From positions 1-17,984 of the forward strand of contig JBGSUI010000032.1 in assembly GCA_041736175.1 (NCBI GenBank): DNA of 17,984 nucleotides. Reading direction: 5' to 3'. Under the pieces are notes generated by a model. It made no database searches. It had not been told where the DNA came from and was given only the letters and a program-made list of their open reading frames with translations. This document shows positions 9,300 through 16,131 of the stretch, one piece after another; position 1 is the first letter of the stretch, and every line of letters begins with the position of its first letter. The DNA comes from Oligoflexales bacterium (lineage in GTDB: Bacteria > Bdellovibrionota_B > Oligoflexia > Oligoflexales > CAIYRB01). The position numbers and the translations under genes are program-made.

Positions 9300-12200
9300 T
9301 TAGAAAGTCAGGGATGATACTCCAAAGTAGTTTGTACCATTCCAGAGAAAAGTGATTAAATCGATTTTATTTGCTCCTGATAAGGTCGGTGCAGTTGCAT
9401 TTTCCCATAGTACAGTGCCTGGCCAAGTAATCGCGCGAGGAGTTGCACCCTGATCGACGATCACTGTATAGACACCGCCTGCGACTGGGTTGGAAAAAGT
9501 TAACGTTACTGTTCCGGTGGCACTTGATAAGTCAAGAGTTTGAACATTTGAAGTAGAAAAGTCGATCGTCTGGGCGGTCCCTGAAGGGGTCAAAGTCGTC
9601 GCTGGGGGCGTTACAAAGGTTTTCCCTGTGATCGCACCTGTCGTGGTAATCGCACCCGAGCTGTTAATCGCTGTCGTGCCTGCGATTGTGCCCGATGTTA
9701 TGGCAGAGCCTGAGACTTTACCGGCGGTGGAGATCGTTGCTAACTTGGTGTCAGCGATGGCTGCTGAGGCGTTGATATCGGTGTTCATGATGGAGTCGTT
9801 GGTGATCTCTGAGCTGCCCACAGCACTGAGAGTGGCAAGGGAGCCAAGACCGTGGCTGGCGATGGAGGTCACGGCGCCAGAGAGTTTAGAGGTCGCAATT
9901 GCTGCTGAGGTGTTGATATCTGTGTTCATAATGGAGTCGTTGGTGATCTCTGAGCTGCCCACAGCACTGAGAGTGGCAAGAGAACCTAGACCGTGGCTGG
10001 CGATGGAGGTCACGGCGCCAGAGAGTTTAGAGGTCGCAATCGCTGCTGAGGTGTTGATATCTGTGTTCATGATGGAGTCGTTGGTGATCTCTGAGCTGCC
10101 CACTGCGCTTGAGGTCGCGAGGGAGCCTAAACCTAGGTTGGTGCGGGCGGTGCCAGCGTTCGCGAGGTCAGAAAGGTTGTTACTCGCTAACAGCGGAGTC
10201 ACCCATTGCAGGACTCCAGAGGCGTTGGTGCTAAGAGCTTGGTTAGCGCTACCGTCTGCTGCAGGCAAGGTCCAAACCAAGTTAGTACCTACAGCGCTGG
10301 GGGATTTAAAGCCCACATAGTTGCTGTTGTTATCATCGTTAAAGCGGAGTTCCGTCGCGGCGGCACCGGTACTGTTGACGATAACGTTTTGACCTGTGAT
10401 CGCCGCCGTCGTGGTGACCGCACCAGTGGTGTTAAAGATCGTAGAACCTGCAATCGTACCGGAAGTGATGGCCGAGCCCGAGACTTTACCTGCCGTGGAG
10501 ATTGTAGCTAGTTTGGTGTCGGCGATGGCTGCTGCGGAGTTGATATCGGTGTCCATAATGGAGTCATTGGTGATCTCTGAGCTGCCAACAGCACTGAGAG
10601 TAGCAAGGGAACCTAGACCGTGGCTGGCGATGGAGGTCACAGCGCCAGAAAGTTTCGAGGTTGCAATCGCTGCTGAGGTGTTGATATCTGTATTCATAAT
10701 AGAGTCATTGGTGATCTCCGAGCTGCCCACTGCACTAAGAGTGGCAAGGGATCCTAGACCGTGGCTAGCTATTGAGGTCACGGCGCCAGAGAGTTTAGAG
10801 GTCGCAATCGCTGCTGAAGTGTTAATATCTGCGTTCATAATGGAGTCATTGGTGATCTCTGAGCTGCCCACAGCACTTGAGGTCGCAAGAGAGCCTAAAC
10901 CAAGGTTGGTGCGGGCGGTGCCAGCGTTAGCAAGATCAGAGAGGTTGCTGCTGGCTAGCAGTGGAGTCACCCATTGCAGGACCCCAGAGGCGTTGGTGCT
11001 AAGAGCTTGGTTGGCCGTACCGTCCGCTGCAGGCAAGGTCCAAACCAAGTTTGTGGTCACCGTAGCAGGGGACTTAAAGCCCACATAGTGACTGTCGTCG
11101 TTGTCCCCAAAGCGCAGATCAGTTGCTGTGACTCCTGTCCCTGCCACACGAATATTTCCAGTGCTAGAGAGCTGACCACTGGTGGCCACGATGGTTGATC
11201 CACCGATAGTTCCTGATGTGATGGCAGAGCCTGAGACTTTGCCGGCCGTGGAGATGGTAGCTAGCTTGGTGTCGACGATGGCTGCTGATGCGTTAATATC
11301 TGCATCGACGATCGTATCGTCCGTAATCAGAGCTGAGGTCACTGCACTGTTTGTAGCGAGAGTGCCCAAACCAAGGTTAGTGCGAGCGGTGCCGGCGTTA
11401 GCGAGGTCAGAGAGGTTGTTGGAGGACAGCAAGTCGCCACCAGCACCGGCGGCGCTGACCCAGCTTAGGGCACCTGAGCCGTCAGTTTTAAGAACTTGGC
11501 CGTTGGTGCCATCTGCTGCAGGAAGTGTCCAAATTCTATTGGTACTTACTGTAGCGGGGGACTTAAAGCCTACATAGTTGCTGTTGTTGTCGTCGTTAAA
11601 CCGGAGTTCTGTGGTGGCTGCACCGGTACCGTTGACGATAATGTTTTGACCTGTGATCGCCGCCGTCGTGGTGACCGCTCCAGTGGTGTTAAAGATTGTA
11701 GAACCTGCGATCGTTCCTGAGGTGATGGCAGAGCCTGAGACTTTGCCTGCCGTGGAGATGGTGGCTAGTTTGGTGTCGGCGATCGCTGCCGAGGCATTAA
11801 TATCTGCATCGACGATGGTGTCATCGGTGATAAGGGCTGAGGTGACTGCACTGTTTGTAGCAAGAGTGCCTAAACCAAGGTTGGTACGAGCTGTTGCTAC
11901 GTTACCAAGACCAGTTAGGTTATCGCTGGCTAACATCGGGGTCACCCATTGCAGGACCCCAGAAGCGTTTGTGCTAAGAGCTTGGTTGGCGGTCCCGTCC
12001 GTTGCAGGCAAGGTCCAAACCAAGTTGGTGCCTACCGTACCAGGAGCTTTAAAGCCCACATAGTGACTGTCGTCGTTGTCCCCAAAGCGCAGATCTGTCG
12101 CTGTAACTCCTGTCCCTGCCACGCGAATATTTCCCGAGCTAGAGACCTGACCAGTGGTGGTCACAACAGTTGATCCACCGATCGTCCCTGAAGTGATGGC

Positions 12201-13499
12201 AGAGCCTGAGACTTTGCCAGCTGTAGAAATCGTAGCTAGCTTGGTGTCGGCGATGGCTGCTGAGGCGTTGATATCTGCATCGACGATGGTATCATTGGTG
12301 ATCAAAGCAGAGGTGACTGCACTGTTTGTAGCAAGAGTGCCCAAACCAAGGTTAGTACGAGCGGTGCCGGCGTTTGCGAGGTCAGAGAGGTTGTTTGCGG
12401 CAAGCATATCACCACCGCCTGCAATACTTAGCCAGCTAAGAATCCCTGCGCCATCAGTTCTAAGAAATTGGCCAGCGGTACCATCTGCCGCAGGTAGGGT
12501 CCAAATCCTGGTTGTAGTGACCGCAGAAGGTGACTTAAAGCCCACATAGGCGCTGTTATCGTCATCGTTAAAGCGCAATTCCGTCGTCCCAGTTCCAGTC
12601 CCGTTAACCACAAAATTTCCAGTCCCCGTGATTGCCCCCGAAGCCGTGACAGCTCCCGATGTGGTAATCGCACCAGAGCTGTTGAACGCTGTGGTACCAC
12701 CGATAGTCCCTGAAGTGATGGCTGAGCCTGACACTTTGCCTGCCGTGGAGATCGTAGCCAGTTTTGTATCCGCAATCGCTGCTGAACTACTGATATTTGA
12801 GTCTAGAATAGTATTGCTTGCAATCATCGAAGATGTCACCGAACTGGCTGTTGCGAGAGATCCTAAACCGAGGTTTGTCCTCGCTGCCGAGGGGCTCGAT
12901 AGATCAGAAAGGTTATTGGTCATCTTTACGCTGCTACTGGTCACTGTAGAAGAATCTGCCTTTGCGGCCAATGCTGCTGTGAGTCCACTGATTTTACTCA
13001 TATCGACACTCTCGACCGTCAGCTTGCCGTCATTTGTATAGTTTAAGGTACTCGTATCAACGGGCACCCTCAATGCTAGAGGTACAGCGATCAAGCGTTG
13101 GCGAGGGTACACCTTGCCACCTGCTTCGACTTCCACAAAGGCAGCTTTCGAACCATCACCGAAAATAGCCGCCAGTTGCCCATTATCAAAGTTTAAACTC
13201 AACTGAAAGACACCGTCTCTTAATTCGGTGTTGGAAAGATTTAGGACGGGACCGACAGTATTCCCTCCGCTTGGATCATTGTAAAACTTAACGGTGAAAT
13301 CGAGAGGACCGTCAACAGTCTTACCGCTTTCTTCCTGAAGGCGTCCCGAATAGCCTATTTCTAGGGCTAATGCCTGGGATGGATTTAACACCAATGCCAT
13401 GTTAAACCCAAGCAAAAATCCTAAACAGGAAATTGGGTACAGTTTGCTGTTGTTGCTTTGGTTCATCTTCTTTGTTAACGTTGTTTTTTTGGTTCGCAT
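9300..13499 (-). CDS. Large secreted phage-tail-fibre-like repeat protein (adhesin/trimeric fibre candidate)
   Basis: Signal peptide ending NPSQALA. N-domain IGYSGRL...GVFQLSL...PRQRLIAVPLAL. Six NNLSDL..ARTNLGLG units and five YVGFK.P...WTLPA.DG.....L.T...G.L.W units. C-terminal TIDFSTSNVQTL...TLTFSNP...ITWP..VLW....PTLS...DLITF domain. GAGG RBS before ATG 13499. Confidence 0.85.
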   Translation of the reverse strand: MRTKKTTLTKKMNQSNNSKLYPISCLGFLLGFNMALVLNPSQALALEIGYSGRLQEESGKTVDGPLDFTVKFYNDPSGGNTVGPVLNLSNTELRDGVFQLSLNFDNGQLAAIFGDGSKAAFVEVEAGGKVYPRQRLIAVPLALRVPVDTSTLNYTNDGKLTVESVDMSKISGLTAALAAKADSSTVTSSSVKMTNNLSDLSSPSAARTNLGLGSLATASSVTSSMIASNTILDSNISSSAAIADTKLATISTAGKVSGSAITSGTIGGTTAFNSSGAITTSGAVTASGAITGTGNFVVNGTGTGTTELRFNDDDNSAYVGFKSPSAVTTTRIWTLPAADGTAGQFLRTDGAGILSWLSIAGGGDMLAANNLSDLANAGTARTNLGLGTLATNSAVTSALITNDTIVDADINASAAIADTKLATISTAGKVSGSAITSGTIGGSTVVTTTGQVSSSGNIRVAGTGVTATDLRFGDNDDSHYVGFKAPGTVGTNLVWTLPATDGTANQALSTNASGVLQWVTPMLASDNLTGLGNVATARTNLGLGTLATNSAVTSALITDDTIVDADINASAAIADTKLATISTAGKVSGSAITSGTIAGSTIFNTTGAVTTTAAITGQNIIVNGTGAATTELRFNDDNNSNYVGFKSPATVSTNRIWTLPAADGTNGQVLKTDGSGALSWVSAAGAGGDLLSSNNLSDLANAGTARTNLGLGTLATNSAVTSALITDDTIVDADINASAAIVDTKLATISTAGKVSGSAITSGTIGGSTIVATSGQLSSTGNIRVAGTGVTATDLRFGDNDDSHYVGFKSPATVTTNLVWTLPAADGTANQALSTNASGVLQWVTPLLASSNLSDLANAGTARTNLGLGSLATSSAVGSSEITNDSIMNADINTSAAIATSKLSGAVTSIASHGLGSLATLSAVGSSEITNDSIMNTDINTSAAIATSKLSGAVTSIASHGLGSLATLSAVGSSEITNDSIMDTDINSAAAIADTKLATISTAGKVSGSAITSGTIAGSTIFNTTGAVTTTAAITGQNVIVNSTGAAATELRFNDDNNSNYVGFKSPSAVGTNLVWTLPAADGSANQALSTNASGVLQWVTPLLASNNLSDLANAGTARTNLGLGSLATSSAVGSSEITNDSIMNTDINTSAAIATSKLSGAVTSIASHGLGSLATLSAVGSSEITNDSIMNTDINTSAAIATSKLSGAVTSIASHGLGSLATLSAVGSSEITNDSIMNTDINASAAIADTKLATISTAGKVSGSAITSGTIAGTTAINSSGAITTTGAITGKTFVTPPATTLTPSGTAQTIDFSTSNVQTLDLSSATGTVTLTFSNPVAGGVYTVIVDQGATPRAITWPGTVLWENATAPTLSGANKIDLITFLWNGTNYFGVSSLTF
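9625..12917 (-). repeat. Intragenic hierarchical tandem repeats (about 486-bp unit with nested 141-bp subrepeats)
   Basis: The YVGFK anchor (+ strand CCYACATAG) ends at 12549, 12063, 11577, 11088 and 10320, giving spacings 486, 486, 489 and 768. GGTGATCTC recurs at 9801/9942/10083 and 10569/10710/10851 (141 bp = 47 aa). Confidence 0.95.
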
Positions 13500-13583
13500 T
13501 TGTTGGTCCTCGCTTCAAAGTAATATTTTTGAATACATCCAAATTCGCTGACTGCCTCTAATGCGATAGTGCATTCAACACCT

Positions 13584-13610
13584 CCATCGGCACTCTCAAA
13601 CCAATCTTTA
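13584..13610 (-). promoter_or_regulatory. Sigma-28 (FliA) promoter upstream of the fibre gene
   Basis: Minus strand reads TAAAGATT-N11-GCCGATGG versus consensus TAAAGTTT-N11-GCCGATAA. Spacing is exact, orientation correct, about 85 nt upstream of the ATG. Confidence 0.7.
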
Positions 13611-13806
13611 GGTAATTATTAATTTTCTAAAATATCATAATTATTTCTTGGTCTTACAAGGACACAAAACCCAAACTTTAAAATCGAAAAAATGATGGGA
13701 TTTTAAAAATAAGCACCAACCCCCTACCTTGGAGCATTTTTTCTTGGAGATCTCTCGATTTACGATTACTAATTTTAGGCTTCGACACCACAGTTGGCCA
13801 ACTGAT

Positions 13807-13897
13807 TCGTCCCGGTCCCAACCCTCGCGGAGAACGGTCCTTTGAATTGCCGGCCTGGATTTTTCGCAATGGGCTCCACCTCTGGAGTCACCGAATC
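13807..13897 (-). pseudogene. Degenerate inverted fragment paralogous to the adjacent HNH gene
   Basis: Reverse complement aligns to 14126-14217 at about 66/92 identities (hand count) with one 1-bp gap: DSVTPEVEPIAK/SRPAIQRTVLREGWDRD versus DSATPEGTPVAKKHRSAIPMSVRHEVWSRD. Confidence 0.8.
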
Positions 13898-13920
13898 TTG
13901 GACTGCATGCTTCTTGCGTC

Positions 13921-14463
13921 GTTCGCCCCGGGACGAACTGGCTCTAAAAAATATTCCTGGAATTTTACAGAAAAATCTTGACGGGTTTTTGGGCGTGATC
14001 CTTTGCGCAAGGCTGAAAGGGCCAAGCAGAGACAACAAAAGAAGGACCAGGGAAAAAGCTCCGACGAGGGCGTCGCCCCGGGACGAACGCCTACCGAGAC
14101 AGTTGTCCCGGTAACACCGGTTCCGGATTCAGCGACTCCAGAGGGAACACCAGTTGCGAAAAAACACAGGTCTGCAATCCCCATGTCTGTTCGCCACGAG
14201 GTGTGGTCCCGGGACGATGGACGATGTACTTGGACAGAGGTGGATGGGAGTCGTTGCAAGGAAAAGTTTAACTTAGAGCTCGACCACGTCCAGACGATGC
14301 ACTGTCATGGGGGTACCCACGACGTAGAAAATCTTGCCCTTACCTGCCGGCGCCACAATCAGCTTTCGGCGAGGGAAAGGTTGGGAGAGGAATTTTGGGA
14401 GAAAAAGAGGCAGGAGTGGGATCTAACTCTCTAGAGGGTGAGTCGTCCCGGGGCGGACGACTC
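13921..14463. repeat. Dispersed CCCGGG-centred palindromic repeats around the HNH locus
   Basis: TCGCCCCGGGACGAAC is identical at 13923-13938 and 14073-14088. Inverted variant GTCGTCCCGGGGCG at 14442-14455; GTCCCGGGAC at 14206-14215. Confidence 0.75.
14003..14434 (+). CDS. HNH endonuclease (probably the 5'-truncated remnant of a longer gene)
   Basis: AIPMSVRHEVWSRDDGRCTW...RC...LELDHV...GGTHDVENLALTCRRHN is an intact Zn-HNH motif. The frame has only a TTG start with no evident RBS and begins in a basic/Pro-rich linker. Confidence 0.85.
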   Translation: MRKAERAKQRQQKKDQGKSSDEGVAPGRTPTETVVPVTPVPDSATPEGTPVAKKHRSAIPMSVRHEVWSRDDGRCTWTEVDGSRCKEKFNLELDHVQTMHCHGGTHDVENLALTCRRHNQLSARERLGEEFWEKKRQEWDLTL

Positions 14464-14476
14464 CGAGTGACTCACC
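14437..14476. terminator. GC-rich hairpin directly after the HNH stop, between convergent genes
   Basis: GAGTCGTCC-CGGGGC-GGACGACTC is a perfect 9-bp stem (14440-14463); alternative pairing GGTGAGTC/GACTCACC. No U-tract. Confidence 0.4.
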
Positions 14477-14535
14477 AAGATTAAAGGTGGTTGAGGGGTG
14501 ACTTTTGGCCGGCCGTGGGGTCGAGGCCAGTTTCT

Positions 14536-15822
14536 TTATTTCACTAACCTCATCGTCACCCTATCGCCGAAATCACAGAGATTTTTAATGCTCGCTAGTA
14601 GAACGTAATCAGGACGACTTGGGTTATCCTTTTGCCCCTGAACAATGCCTACAAACTTATGGGGGCGTGGTTCTTGGCAGAGATTTTTAGGGTCCCCCTC
14701 ATCATCGGTATCGCTAATCACCGACGAGGCTACAAAGGTTGTCTGGGAATTCTTTTTAAAATCCTTATAGCTATCTCCAAGACGTTCCTTGAGTGCCTCA
14801 AGGACGTTTTCGGTGCTAAATTTTTCTTGTTTTTCTTTAAAATAAGTAATCCCAAAAAGTGGTGTGACACTGCTTGCCACCGTATCCAGGAGATAGTAAG
14901 CGCTTAAGGCACCGAGATGAGCGCCCAGGTCGCTTTTGAAATCGCAAGCCGCTGCCGGGAAAAAAGCCAAAGCTTTGGCCGACGCAGGGCTCCCAAAAAT
15001 GCGACCAAATCCCATATAGTCAAGTCCTTTGCTGGAGTCTTGGCCTGGGTCCTGAGCGGTTCCTTTGGATTTGCCTTTGGCCTTTTTCTTTTTATTTTTT
15101 TGGACATCATCAGCATTTGCCGGCCTAAGTCCGTCACCTAGGGCAGAGATCATGACGTCGCGATTTTTGTTGCGAAAGCCCTTAAATAAAGAGGGATGAT
15201 TGCCAAAAAGGAGGTATTGGGCATGACTGGTGCTTTTAGTGGCATTGCTGAGTCGAGTGCAGTTAAAGTTAGGCGGCGTTAAGAGGTTTGCGGATTGGGA
15301 CCGGTTGAGCCCAATTCCTGCAAAATAGAGTTGGCCCTGTTCGACCACAAAAGGGGCTGGATTTTCGGGAGAGAAATCGATAGATGTCAAAAGATTTTTA
15401 CATTTTTCTATAGACTCAGGACTAGCCTTTTTGTTTTTTTCTAGTTTTTTGAGACTTTGTTTTTTGCAGGCTGCGTACACTGCTGACGAAGGGAAATTTT
15501 CGCGACAAGAGTTAAGGCCCGAAGTAAATTTAGATTTAGTTACCGTGCCTTTTTTAAGTTGTTTGACCAGATCTTTACGACAAGTTTCGTAGCTTTTGAC
15601 GGAGTTTTTTTTGGCAGAGGTCTCCTTTTCGGACTCATCGCTAAGATCTTCTTTGTCGTCAAGATCAGGTTTTGGGGATTTCTTGGCACCATAACTATAG
15701 GAACCTGGAAGACCTAATACCCCCGATGTTAAACCAGCCGACAGCAAGAGTCCCCACCAGAATCTTTTGGGGTGACATAGAGAGGCTCTCAAGTTTATTT
15801 GGATCAAACCCCCAAAGATCAT
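14536..15822 (-). CDS. Exported hypothetical protein, Lys-rich with multiple Cys
   Basis: 428-aa ORF with AGGAG RBS before ATG 15822, an N-terminal hydrophobic stretch (FWWGLLLSAGLTSGVLGL) and several Cys in the mature region; no recognised family. Confidence 0.8.
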   Translation of the reverse strand: MIFGGLIQINLRASLCHPKRFWWGLLLSAGLTSGVLGLPGSYSYGAKKSPKPDLDDKEDLSDESEKETSAKKNSVKSYETCRKDLVKQLKKGTVTKSKFTSGLNSCRENFPSSAVYAACKKQSLKKLEKNKKASPESIEKCKNLLTSIDFSPENPAPFVVEQGQLYFAGIGLNRSQSANLLTPPNFNCTRLSNATKSTSHAQYLLFGNHPSLFKGFRNKNRDVMISALGDGLRPANADDVQKNKKKKAKGKSKGTAQDPGQDSSKGLDYMGFGRIFGSPASAKALAFFPAAACDFKSDLGAHLGALSAYYLLDTVASSVTPLFGITYFKEKQEKFSTENVLEALKERLGDSYKDFKKNSQTTFVASSVISDTDDEGDPKNLCQEPRPHKFVGIVQGQKDNPSRPDYVLLASIKNLCDFGDRVTMRLVK

Positions 15823-16131
15823 GCCATTCTCCTGATTTCTGAATCTTAGGTAAAGATCCTTTAAAAAAGTCGACTTCTTTGATTATATAAGAATCCCGAA
15901 GGATAGGACAATCGACCGAGCCTCCTCCCGAGGCTGTTGCTTCGATAGATATATTTATCAATGATATCAGGCATACTCAATATATCTAGTTTAGCCCGTA
16001 AATCCTGATCGACCAGGGGGCATCCCTACAGCAAATCTAGATAGGGTAAAAAATCGAATTTTGGCAACAGCCACCTTTCACAAACAAAATACCTATTTTT
16101 TGCTAAGAGAACCCAAGTTTTTACTTGAGAG

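Noticed and set aside
9625..12917. Repeats as a CRISPR array or a diversity-generating retroelement template/variable pair
   Set aside because: The repeats are in-frame coding with synonymous variation. There are no unique spacers, no cas or reverse transcriptase genes, and no adenine-specific mismatch pattern evident by eye.
9628..13041. Series of plus-strand ORFs of 130-230 aa opposite the fibre gene
   Set aside because: Antisense shadows of the Ala/Thr/Ser/Gly-rich repeats; most end at the same TAG opposite the YVG codons.
15919..15935. Hairpin AGCCTC-CTCCC-GAGGCT in the divergent intergenic region and overlapping ORF 15695-15961
   Set aside because: Only a 6-bp stem with no U-tract or RNA family features; the ORF overlaps a better-supported gene.
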